A stretch of 19,436 nucleotides of DNA, from positions 1-19,436 of IMG/VR virus record IMGVR_UViG_3300028610_001064; one strand, written 5' to 3'. Position numbers and translations under genes: made by a program. The notes beneath the pieces are model-generated. The model saw nothing but the letters and a program-made list of their open reading frames with translations, was not told the DNA's origin and did no database searches. This document shows positions 1-8,254 of this stretch, one piece after another (positions within the stretch are counted from its first letter, which is position 1; the number at the start of each line of letters is the position of its first letter).

Positions 1-144
1 GAAGACACCATCTACTTAGTAAAAGAGAAATAATTTCTCAATCCTACCCAGACAGATAAGGTTGAACACTTCAGCCGAAAGTACCTAGTTCTTGTTTGAT
101 TCGTTCAACCCTCACCTTATTATTAATCATTAGCAGACTTCACT
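1..144 (+). repeat. Terminal direct repeat, left copy (144 bp)
   Basis: 1-144 is identical to 19293-19436, indicating a circular or permuted complete genome (probably assembly overlap). Confidence 0.97.
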
Positions 145-260
145 CTAAACAAAACAAACAAAAATACCCTACTTTTATCTGATCTGTTCATATTTAAACA
201 ATCATATTTATTAAGAAGTAAAATAATACTCAATTATAAAATAGTATTATTTTGTCTACT

Positions 261-1874
261 ATGGGTAGAGCCTCTTTTACTCCCTTAATAAAGACTACAC
301 TAGAAACATTTCCAAACCTTAAGGACAATTACAAGAAATTAGCCGAAAAGGTTGGATGTTGTGTTAAAACAATAAAAAGATATTTTAAGAGTTTAGAATC
401 AAAAGTCCCTTCGGACAATCAAAGTAGTCTTTTTAGCCAAGAGGGAGGTTTAGCCTTTCCTCCCTCTATTACTAACCAAGACATCTCTAATATTATAGAG
501 ATCCCCGATAATCAAGCACTTATATTAGATAAACCATCTGCCCCTAAATTACTAAATATGGTCGGGTTAATAGAAACTAATCTTAACCGGATATTGCAAC
601 AAGGAACTAATGATGCTAGGATACTTAATACCGCAATCTCATTTTCAGATAAAACAAGCAAATTCATAGTAAAAGAGGAATCGGGGAGGGGTAAAGGATT
701 TGTGGATTATCAAGCTCTTACTGAAAAGTTTACGGATAAACAATTAAATATATTTAATGCCATGATTCGAGAGGGTTGGGTATCATTACTCGGTTCTCGT
801 AAGACCGGTAAAACTTTTCTAATATCCTCCGCAGCCACTTATTTGGGCTCAAGAAAAAGCTTAGAAATTCATGTCCTCTCCAGTAAGAAGGATACTGCAA
901 GTCATATCATTACACAGATTATCCAAATTGATGCAGAACATAAATTTAATCTTTTTAAAAGACCTGCTAAAGAACAAATTATTTTTAATAATAGTACCAG
1001 GATAAAAGCTCATTCTAATACTTTAGCAGATACCGGCACATATGAAGCTGACATCCTTATAATTGATGAAGCTCAAGAAGTTATGGAGGAAGTATGGGCC
1101 AAGATTATTCCACAGTTAGCAACCGGACGTAAGATGAGAGTCTGGATATTCGGCACCGCAAAAGCCGGAACTCCATTCTATAATTTCTGGTTCGGTATAA
1201 ATCCTAAATTTAAGAAATTTGAATTAGGAATGGAAGATGCAACATGGGTTAAAGAAGAATCGTGGGATGCAATTAAATCCCTAATGTCTGATAGAATGGT
1301 TAGGCAAGAATTAAAAATGGAATGGGTAGAACCGGAAGGTGCATTCTTTAGGGCTGATGACGTAGAAGCGGCATTCGAACCATACCCAGAAGGACTTAAA
1401 AGAGATTATTTAGAGATTGTATGCGGTATCGATTTCGGTCAAGGACATGAAACAGTCATGGGAAACCTAGCATATAGAAAAGAGCAGATATATGAGATTG
1501 AATCATGGGGGAAGTTTAATCCTACAAGTGACATGATCCTCGCAAAAGTTATAGAATATGATAATAGATATACCTCTCTGTTTATTATGGAGGGATCACC
1601 ATTAGGAGGGTTTGTAAGAAGGGACGTTGCAGATTTACGAGTTAAATTTAAAACCTCCAATTTCTCACTTCATAAAGATAAATATTGGTTTGCCTTGAAC
1701 TTTCTTTTAAATAATCATTTAATACACCTTAAAACACAAAAACTAAAACAACAACTCCTACGCTATATAGGAGATAAAATTGACGATGATTGGGTTGATA
1801 TGTTATTACATGTCGCCTATTACTATTTTAATAAATATTATAAAAATAATGAGAAGTGGATATTTAATAGATGA
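261..1874 (+). CDS. terL: Terminase large subunit with an N-terminal HTH extension
   Basis: Walker A GSRKTGKT, Walker B ILIIDEAQ, coupling motif FGTA, RNase H-like nuclease GIDFG...DDDWVDML. N-terminal YKKLAEKVGCCVKTIKRYF is HTH-like. ATG at 261 preferred over TTG at 252. Confidence 0.92.
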   Translation: MGRASFTPLIKTTLETFPNLKDNYKKLAEKVGCCVKTIKRYFKSLESKVPSDNQSSLFSQEGGLAFPPSITNQDISNIIEIPDNQALILDKPSAPKLLNMVGLIETNLNRILQQGTNDARILNTAISFSDKTSKFIVKEESGRGKGFVDYQALTEKFTDKQLNIFNAMIREGWVSLLGSRKTGKTFLISSAATYLGSRKSLEIHVLSSKKDTASHIITQIIQIDAEHKFNLFKRPAKEQIIFNNSTRIKAHSNTLADTGTYEADILIIDEAQEVMEEVWAKIIPQLATGRKMRVWIFGTAKAGTPFYNFWFGINPKFKKFELGMEDATWVKEESWDAIKSLMSDRMVRQELKMEWVEPEGAFFRADDVEAAFEPYPEGLKRDYLEIVCGIDFGQGHETVMGNLAYRKEQIYEIESWGKFNPTSDMILAKVIEYDNRYTSLFIMEGSPLGGFVRRDVADLRVKFKTSNFSLHKDKYWFALNFLLNNHLIHLKTQKLKQQLLRYIGDKIDDDWVDMLLHVAYYYFNKYYKNNEKWIFNR

Positions 1875-1984
1875 GTGAGAATAAATGTAGTGAATGTAAA
1901 AGACATAATGGACATTATGTTCATGGTGATTCATACTGTTCATATTGTAGACGATTAGGATGGAGGTACTTTAAAGATGAGTGA
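1871..1984 (+). CDS. 37-aa zinc-finger microprotein (not in ORF track)
   Basis: ATGA overlap with the terL stop; MSENKCSECKRHNGHYVHGDSYCSYCRRLGWRYFKDE has two CxxC pairs. Confidence 0.7.
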   Translation: MSENKCSECKRHNGHYVHGDSYCSYCRRLGWRYFKDE

Positions 1985-2360
1985 ACAATATGGGCCATGG
2001 GTTGATACACCAGAGTCTTCAAATGTACTTAGATTCGGTTATGCTTTTGCTAAGCTAAGAGTGGCATTTCAAAATGGAAGTGAGTATGAATATTTCGTGC
2101 CTTTCTATTATTATAATGGTATGAGATTAGCTCCCAGTAAAGGAAAATTTGTATGGAATTACCTCAGAAGGGCCAATAAATCATATAGACTAGTAAGAGG
2201 TCCCTTCAAGAAACCTATTGGAGAGGTTCGAAGGGAAGTGCCCTATAAGGTTGAACCGGGAAGGCCAAGAAGGAAGTTTGGAGAGATAACATTGAGAGGC
2301 CCCCATAAAGAGAAAGAAGCGATATGGGAAGAAATGAAGTGGGAAGAGGAGAAAGGATAA
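1977..2360 (+). CDS. KTSC-domain protein with a basic C-terminal extension
   Basis: SSNVLRFGY..LRVAFQNGSEYEYFVP..YY..M..APSKGKFVWNYLR matches the KTSC pattern; GGAGGT RBS upstream. Confidence 0.85.
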   Translation: MSEQYGPWVDTPESSNVLRFGYAFAKLRVAFQNGSEYEYFVPFYYYNGMRLAPSKGKFVWNYLRRANKSYRLVRGPFKKPIGEVRREVPYKVEPGRPRRKFGEITLRGPHKEKEAIWEEMKWEEEKG

Positions 2361-3515
2361 ATGGGATTATTTAACCGAGACAGAGCTAGCAAATACGAAG
2401 ATAATGTATATGTGCCAAGTCTATTAAAGATGGGGGCCGTCAATTACTCTTTACCAGAGCATAGGATGGCGAGACTTGACGAGGATCCAATTGCCGGAAA
2501 TCTAGTTCTAAAGACCGCAGAGTTAATTACAGCAAGACCTCCGATATTTCTTGATGAGAATGATAATGAACTCGATGAGACAAGGAATACATGGGAAGAC
2601 AAACAATATAACAACTTATTGAAGGAAGTTATTGAATCAACCCGGACACATGGTTATATTGCATTGGAACCCCTTAAAAAACCTATAAATGATAGGGCCT
2701 GGATTGTTCATGATTCTTCAGATATTAAAACAATTAAGTATAAGGAATTAGAAATAGAATCCTATAAAATCCTACCCCGTGTTGAAGGCGGGATAGAGAC
2801 CTCAATTGTAGATACACCAAAAGAAAGAATCCTTGAACCTAAGGAGGTGATTCATTATTATGTCGGTCGGTACGATCGTTCACTACAAGGGCTAGGTATT
2901 ATAAAAAGATGTTGGCATGCATTAGTTAGATTTACAGAAATATTTGAGTCTATGGCCATGTACGATTCAAGAATAGGAAATGGGATCCTATTAATTATTG
3001 TAGATCCGGAGCAATACACTAAAGAATTAACTTCATTACATAGTGCCGTAAAAAATCTTAATAATAGGCGGTATATGATTCTAAAGACTGGTGTAGAAGG
3101 AAATCCTCCAGATATGAAGTTCCTAGGTTCTACTTCTCCAGTTGACTTCTCTACAGACTTGGAGACTTGTTTAAAGGTTATTGCCGGTGCTTCCGGATTT
3201 CCGGTTAGGTATCTTATCGGAGATCCTAAAGGTGCTCTAAGTGCTGCAGGAGAGGATACAATTGCCGTATGGGAAAATCTTAAATCTATATTTGGAGAAT
3301 ATAAAGATTTTATTAGAAAAATTATTTCGTGGCAAGAGGATGGGGAAGCCCTAAATGAAAAGATTGCCAAGATTGAATTTGATGATGGTGGACACCTTCC
3401 TGAAGAGGGAGAATTGGATAAAACAAAAGAAGAGGAAGGAATATTTGAAGAGAGACCAGATCTTACTACTACTGATATTATTAGACAACAAAAAGAATTA
3501 AGAGGTATTAAATAA
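2361..3515 (+). CDS. Portal protein
   Basis: 384 aa between terminase and scaffold/capsid genes; portal-like segments VIHY, GLGII and IAGASGFPVRYLIGDPKGALSAAGED. Confidence 0.82.
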   Translation: MGLFNRDRASKYEDNVYVPSLLKMGAVNYSLPEHRMARLDEDPIAGNLVLKTAELITARPPIFLDENDNELDETRNTWEDKQYNNLLKEVIESTRTHGYIALEPLKKPINDRAWIVHDSSDIKTIKYKELEIESYKILPRVEGGIETSIVDTPKERILEPKEVIHYYVGRYDRSLQGLGIIKRCWHALVRFTEIFESMAMYDSRIGNGILLIIVDPEQYTKELTSLHSAVKNLNNRRYMILKTGVEGNPPDMKFLGSTSPVDFSTDLETCLKVIAGASGFPVRYLIGDPKGALSAAGEDTIAVWENLKSIFGEYKDFIRKIISWQEDGEALNEKIAKIEFDDGGHLPEEGELDKTKEEEGIFEERPDLTTTDIIRQQKELRGIK

Positions 3516-3922
3516 TGAATGAAGATAAAGAACAACCACCAAAAGAGGATCTGAGTGGTGAGGAAGAACGAAAAAGGGATGAAGGCGGTAAATTCAAGAA
3601 GAAAGAACCGACAACTCCAGAGGAGCCTGAAAAGAAGGAAGAAGCCGAAACCCCTAAAGAACCTGAGGAGGACTTAAAAAAACAAATAGAAACACTAAAT
3701 AAAGAATTAGTGGAGTTGCGTAATTTTAAAGTGGCTCGTATGAAAGAGATTGATGATTGGGAAGAAAGGTCAAAAGCTCAGAGAACTAAAGAGGATCAGA
3801 AGCTAAAAGGCTTTAAAGAGGAGAAAAAGTCTGAAGGCGATCAAACTGTAACCCCGTCATTATACAAAAAAATGTCCTTTAAAAATCTAACAGAAACATC
3901 TAAGAACATGAGGAAAAAATAA
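3515..3922 (+). CDS. Capsid scaffolding protein (putative)
   Basis: Highly charged, E/K/P-rich N-terminus with RDEGGKF motif, then coiled coil; lies between portal and capsid genes. Confidence 0.65.
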   Translation: MNEDKEQPPKEDLSGEEERKRDEGGKFKKKEPTTPEEPEKKEEAETPKEPEEDLKKQIETLNKELVELRNFKVARMKEIDDWEERSKAQRTKEDQKLKGFKEEKKSEGDQTVTPSLYKKMSFKNLTETSKNMRKK

Positions 3923-3992
3923 TGATTATTAATTATAGGGAGAAGACGGCCCTTAAACCCATGATGGGAGCAAATGAGAGAGAGAGATAATT

Positions 3993-4418
3993 ATGACAAA
4001 TACAAAAGTTAGTGAAGTATCTGAAGGAGGAGTAGCATTAGGAGAAAACAAATTTGCGGAAGGACAAATAATTGACGAGGCAGTTAAGGCGGGAGAGATT
4101 GTGGAATTGACCGCAGAGGGACACGTAGTTCTATGTAATGGAACTGATGGAGTATTTTTAGGAGTAGCGAAAGAACACGAAGAATTTGATCTTGATACCG
4201 ATATTACGTCTGGAAAAAAAATAGATGTAATCACCGAAGGATATGCGGTAGTATTCCTTTGCGATATTAATCAAACTTATTATGCCGGTGAATTCTTTTA
4301 TTGTCATTACGATACACCTGGAAGTTTAAGAAATACTGCCAATGGACATCCAGCTGCGAAATTACTGAGAACTATTAATTCAGGCGATACCGTAGCCATA
4401 GTTAAACTCATGAGGTAA
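3993..4418 (+). CDS. Capsid decoration/cement protein (putative)
   Basis: 141 aa immediately before the MCP; AVKAGEIVEL...VFLGVA...SGKKIDVITEG pattern typical of small beta-tulip cement proteins. Confidence 0.7.
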   Translation: MTNTKVSEVSEGGVALGENKFAEGQIIDEAVKAGEIVELTAEGHVVLCNGTDGVFLGVAKEHEEFDLDTDITSGKKIDVITEGYAVVFLCDINQTYYAGEFFYCHYDTPGSLRNTANGHPAAKLLRTINSGDTVAIVKLMR

Positions 4419-4423
4419 TCATC

Positions 4424-5374
4424 ATGGTAGAAATTAGAGGTGTTACTGAAAGAGAATGGAAGGGAATTGATAAACAAGTAGCTCAATTAATGCGGGAGCC
4501 AATTGTATATCGGAATCTTCCTAGTGGTATGCAAATAGGGAAAGGAAAAAACAAAGCGGAGTATTATCAAGCAACCGATGTCTTTTATGTGAATGAAGGT
4601 AAAAGATTTGCGTATGAAGATCGAAATATCGGAGCCCGAAAAACAAGAGATAACGCAATTACTTATCTAACATTGCCAATTCACGTTGATGAGAAGGATA
4701 TTGATGCTTCCAGTGGTGAGGGTATCACTCCTGTATTAGTAGCACATGAAATTGAGTGCAGAGCAAAGATGCAAGAAAGAATTCAGAAAGTAGTGCTTCA
4801 TGGAAGCACTCATTCCGGAGGACGGGGAATATGTACCTTTCAACAAGATGAGGAGACAACCTATGCTTTTGCGGCAGCTGGGGGAGCTTGGAGTACTACT
4901 GGTAATTTCTTCACAGATTTAGAATCCGCAAGAGCCCTTTTAAGAGCAGCTCACATACAACCACCCTATAAATTATGGATGACTCCAGGAATTCAACCCG
5001 ATCTAAGAAAAGTCTTTCATGCTACAAGTGGTCAATCCGATTGGAGAACCTTTTTACAAGATTATATGCAATATGGTGTAATCTCAGGTGAAGCGGGAAA
5101 GCAACCATTTGTCCCGCAAATTGATCAAGTTATAGAAACTGATTCACTTTATAACGGAACATTAGGCGTGGCAACTCAAGCTTTTCTATTATGGAAGGAC
5201 GATGTTAATAGTAATTATATAGCAGAATCCTATCAAGTCCATAGAGCCAATATTCCAAATAAACCATTTGAGGGTGATGTAGATTATGCTATTCGATGGG
5301 CGGGATGTTTCATTCCTAAGAATCCTAAGGGTGCTGTCTATTGTCACACTGGAACCACAACTACAGCATATTAA
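4424..5374 (+). CDS. Major capsid protein, HK97 fold, encapsulin/linocin-like
   Basis: N-terminal EREWKGIDKQV..LMREPIVYRNL, VVLHGS..GGRGI and ARALLRAAHIQPPYKLWMTP resemble family-1 encapsulin motifs; synteny; GAGGT RBS. Confidence 0.85.
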   Translation: MVEIRGVTEREWKGIDKQVAQLMREPIVYRNLPSGMQIGKGKNKAEYYQATDVFYVNEGKRFAYEDRNIGARKTRDNAITYLTLPIHVDEKDIDASSGEGITPVLVAHEIECRAKMQERIQKVVLHGSTHSGGRGICTFQQDEETTYAFAAAGGAWSTTGNFFTDLESARALLRAAHIQPPYKLWMTPGIQPDLRKVFHATSGQSDWRTFLQDYMQYGVISGEAGKQPFVPQIDQVIETDSLYNGTLGVATQAFLLWKDDVNSNYIAESYQVHRANIPNKPFEGDVDYAIRWAGCFIPKNPKGAVYCHTGTTTTAY

Positions 5375-5389
5375 GAATAATATCTAAAT

Positions 5390-5420
5390 AGTCGTAGAGA
5401 AGCGACTCTAAATTTTTTTT
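5390..5420 (+). terminator. Hairpin plus T8 tract after the MCP gene
   Basis: AGTCG(T)-AGAGAA-(G)CGACT stem followed by TTTTTTTT at 5413-5420. Confidence 0.55.
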
Positions 5421-5434
5421 ATTCTCAAAACAAT

Positions 5435-5505
5435 GGACCTGATAGGTGTTTTAAGCCTTAGTTAGATTTGGCTTTTAGAAGGTTCGATTCCTTCCAGGAC
5501 CACCA
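5435..5505 (+). ncRNA. tRNA-like RNA (acceptor stem, T-arm and CCA; no D-stem)
   Basis: GGACCTG pairs with CAGGACC (6 of 7, A3-A70 mismatch); T-arm GAAGG-TTCGATT-CCTTC; ends A-CCA; central AAGCC/GGCTT stem. Confidence 0.75.
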
Positions 5506-5558
5506 ATAAAAATTAAAAAAATGTTCATAAAAAAATAAAAAAGATGTGATAAAAAAAA

Positions 5559-5939
5559 ATGACCAATGAAACAGATTTAAGAGAAATTTCTGCTCAAATT
5601 GAACTTGTGAAACAATTACTTGGACCTGAGACTTTTGATCTTGATAAAACTTTAATAGAACTTGAAACTAAAAAAAAACTTTTAATGACATTCAAGCCAA
5701 GAAGTTATGCTACAATCCTTAAAGGTTTAGAATCGGGAGAACTTATACATCCTGGAGAATGGGTAAAACCCCCTGAAGAGAAAAAAGTAATAAAAAAACC
5801 AGAAAAACCCAAGATCGATAAGAAGGCACTTGCTTTAGAGAAAGAGACTATAGAGCTTATAGTAGATAAAGAACTCTTAGAGAAAAATAAATTAATAGAA
5901 GATAAGAAAGCAGAATTGGCAAAGTTATTAGGTGAGTAA
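5559..5939 (+). CDS. Hypothetical protein, charged and coiled-coil
   Basis: 126-aa ORF in the structural arm; no recognisable motif. Confidence 0.75.
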   Translation: MTNETDLREISAQIELVKQLLGPETFDLDKTLIELETKKKLLMTFKPRSYATILKGLESGELIHPGEWVKPPEEKKVIKKPEKPKIDKKALALEKETIELIVDKELLEKNKLIEDKKAELAKLLGE

Positions 5940-5941
5940 TC

Positions 5942-6325
5942 ATAGCAGCCGCAGGATATGGAGATGCAGGAATAGGGCAGAGTATCTGGTCGGCTACATG
6001 GGATGGAACCCAATTCGGTCATATTAATAAGCTGATTGGGACGGAGTTTAATTTCTATATTACGGAAGATGGAGCGACGGATATTACAGATCCAAAAGTC
6101 ACCTCAATGCTAGCAGCTCAGACTCATAAACTATTTGGTAGATGGAATGCCATAGTTAAGAGTTCAGCGGTCCATAATCCCTGGGATTTCATCAATGTAT
6201 TACTGTCGAAAATGGATTTTGAACGGGAGTTTAGGAGTGTTATAAGAAAAGCCCGGAAGATATTAGAATTAAATATAACAGAATTGAGTGGGACCTTCAC
6301 CTTTGGAGTGAGAAATAATGAGTAA
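5942..6325 (+). CDS. Putative head-tail adaptor, probable ATA start (extends track ORF 6107..6325)
   Basis: Frame is open from 5936; RBS AGGTGA 7 nt upstream of ATA 5942; gives 127 aa (MAAAGYGDAGIGQSIW...) and fills an otherwise empty gap. Function from synteny only. Confidence 0.6.
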   Translation: MAAAGYGDAGIGQSIWSATWDGTQFGHINKLIGTEFNFYITEDGATDITDPKVTSMLAAQTHKLFGRWNAIVKSSAVHNPWDFINVLLSKMDFEREFRSVIRKARKILELNITELSGTFTFGVRNNE

Positions 6326-6491
6326 AACAGAAAAAGCAAAAATATCAACACCAAAACAACAAACCGATTTGATGGCATTAGATTCTATTATTAAGGGTCT
6401 TGCTAATCAAATAAAGAACTATCAACAAATAATTAAAAATACATTAGTTACTAAACAAGCACTACAATCAATAAGGAAGAGGTTGTTATAA
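6318..6491 (+). CDS. 57-aa hypothetical protein (not in ORF track)
   Basis: GGAGTGA RBS; MSKTEKAKISTPKQQTDLMALDSIIKGLANQIKNYQQIIKNTLVTKQALQSIRKRLL; TAATG overlap with the next gene. Confidence 0.7.
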   Translation: MSKTEKAKISTPKQQTDLMALDSIIKGLANQIKNYQQIIKNTLVTKQALQSIRKRLL

Positions 6492-6703
6492 TGACAGATA
6501 TAGATATTGTAGAAGCTTTTCAAATAGACGTGCGTCAATCCATCCTTTCATCACTAGCTGGTTTAGTTAAACAGTTAAAAATAGAAGAATTTAAGGAAGA
6601 TTATAATGAGGAGACTCAGACACGGACATTTGAAATAGCCTTTAATGAAGGTAGTATTCGCACCATAGAAATAATATTAGATATAGATCCCGACGGAAAA
6701 TAA
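6491..6703 (+). CDS. 70-aa acidic hypothetical protein (possible tail completion protein)
   Basis: GAGGT RBS; directly precedes the putative tail tube gene. Confidence 0.65.
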   Translation: MTDIDIVEAFQIDVRQSILSSLAGLVKQLKIEEFKEDYNEETQTRTFEIAFNEGSIRTIEIILDIDPDGK

Positions 6704-6724
6704 TTAATAGAAATTGGTGATATT

Positions 6725-7771
6725 ATGGTAGAATATATGGCAAGGGACGGGTACTACATGGCGTATGCCTGTGGTGTCGACCTCGGAAATGTATGGGATA
6801 ATGCTCAAGCAGCCCTAGTAGTAGGGGAGCTTAACGCGATGGATTGGTTCGTTAGTGCTAGTGTACAGCATACTAAACCTAAGACTGTTAGTATCAACCC
6901 TATGACTGCAACCCACTATCCTAAGCGATTACAAGTAGGAAGAGATATAGGAATATTATCTACTATTCATTACCTTCAAACGGGAATTTTAACAGGAAAT
7001 ACTATGGGAGGAATGAGTACTGTAGAAGCTACTCCTAATGTTCATACTATAACGAAGGATACCACAGAAACCCCAACAGCTATAGCGTTTCATGTAGAGA
7101 AGGAAGGCACTACAGCCAATAGAAGAAAAGATATGATGGGGGGTGTTCCAACAGGTTTAGATATTGGAGTTTCAGAACCTGCACCAATAGCTAAACAGAC
7201 CTATAATAGTGAATTCTCTTATACCGGTGCCGGTGGTAACCTATTACAACCAACAGCACTCACTCAAGCTATTCATGCTCCTTATAACTGGTATCATTAT
7301 AGAGATGCTAGTTCAGCCTCAGAGTTTAAATATCACGGTGGTGCTATTAATGTATCTATTATAGGCTTTAATATGCATATTGGTTGGCTTGATAGATTAT
7401 TTGGTCAGTACGATCTTAATGGTTATCCCGCTAACGGTTTAGTAGTTCCTCCCTTTGACTCTTATATTGACGTGGACGTACTAATAAGCGATGCGGGAGG
7501 TACAGACATCAATACTATTGCTGATACCGCTCATGGTTCTTATGCCGGAGATCTTGATTTTATTGCTGATTTTTATGAATCGGCAACTAGGTATTTGAAA
7601 TATACATGGGATAAAATGTATATAGTTCCTAATAGTTATAGAGAAGTATTTCAAGAGGAGGGTTCTTGGTTTGATGGTGCTCAGTTCAGGCTTGCCTTTT
7701 TAGACGAGACTTCCTCTTTAGCAGTAGAAGAGAAAAACGCCCTTAATAACGATTATTATTTGAACCCCTAG
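6725..7771 (+). CDS. Major tail (tube) protein, putative
   Basis: 348 aa, G/T/A-rich and beta-rich; NVHTIT...AIAFHVEK pattern reminiscent of siphovirus tube proteins; position after head-tail genes; GGTGA RBS. Confidence 0.6.
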   Translation: MVEYMARDGYYMAYACGVDLGNVWDNAQAALVVGELNAMDWFVSASVQHTKPKTVSINPMTATHYPKRLQVGRDIGILSTIHYLQTGILTGNTMGGMSTVEATPNVHTITKDTTETPTAIAFHVEKEGTTANRRKDMMGGVPTGLDIGVSEPAPIAKQTYNSEFSYTGAGGNLLQPTALTQAIHAPYNWYHYRDASSASEFKYHGGAINVSIIGFNMHIGWLDRLFGQYDLNGYPANGLVVPPFDSYIDVDVLISDAGGTDINTIADTAHGSYAGDLDFIADFYESATRYLKYTWDKMYIVPNSYREVFQEEGSWFDGAQFRLAFLDETSSLAVEEKNALNNDYYLNP

Positions 7772-7779
7772 GTGATATC

Positions 7780-8250
7780 ATGTCCGAGCAAGAATTAGAG
7801 GAAAAGGATTGGAAAGAACTAACTCAAGGGATTAAGAATACTAGAGAGTTATTAAGAGAATTTCCAGATGGTCTTAAAGGATTAATTAATAAATCAAAAG
7901 AAAAAGCTAAAAGTCAAGTGGAAAATGATCTAGATCGTTTATTTACACCCATAAAAAATACCCTTACAGATACGAAAAATAAACTCAAACAAATAATAGG
8001 GATTGATGGAGCTATGAATAGATTAGAAAATAAAACATTACAATTTATTAATGCATTTGCAAATTTTATTACAAAATTTATGTCCACAATAGGGGTTTTA
8101 GATAGAGGAAACGATGCCTATAAAAATCTAGTGGCATGGATGCAATTGCTAGGAAATCCCTTTAACTATGGTCGTATTGGTTGGTTTTGGGGAATATTAT
8201 TACCGCCCGGCTTACCAGGGCCAGGGGATATAACAATAATAGAGAAGTGA
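7780..8250 (+). CDS. Helical tail-region protein with Pro-rich C-terminus (paralog A)
   Basis: Amphipathic helices, W..LLGN, then PPGLPGPG; similar to 8255..8815. Confidence 0.7.
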   Translation: MSEQELEEKDWKELTQGIKNTRELLREFPDGLKGLINKSKEKAKSQVENDLDRLFTPIKNTLTDTKNKLKQIIGIDGAMNRLENKTLQFINAFANFITKFMSTIGVLDRGNDAYKNLVAWMQLLGNPFNYGRIGWFWGILLPPGLPGPGDITIIEK

Positions 8251-8254
8251 TTAA

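Noticed and set aside
1-144. Physical terminal repeat of the virion DNA
   Set aside because: It starts inside a small ORF and its length is close to common assembler k-mer overlaps; it cannot be distinguished from a circularisation artefact without reads.
5435-5505. Canonical tRNA-Leu(UAG), tmRNA, or attP site
   Set aside because: No D-stem or long variable arm and an irregular anticodon arm; no G3-U70 pair or tag reading frame; no integrase in the genome, and the 5' acceptor strand is present rather than only a 3' tRNA fragment.
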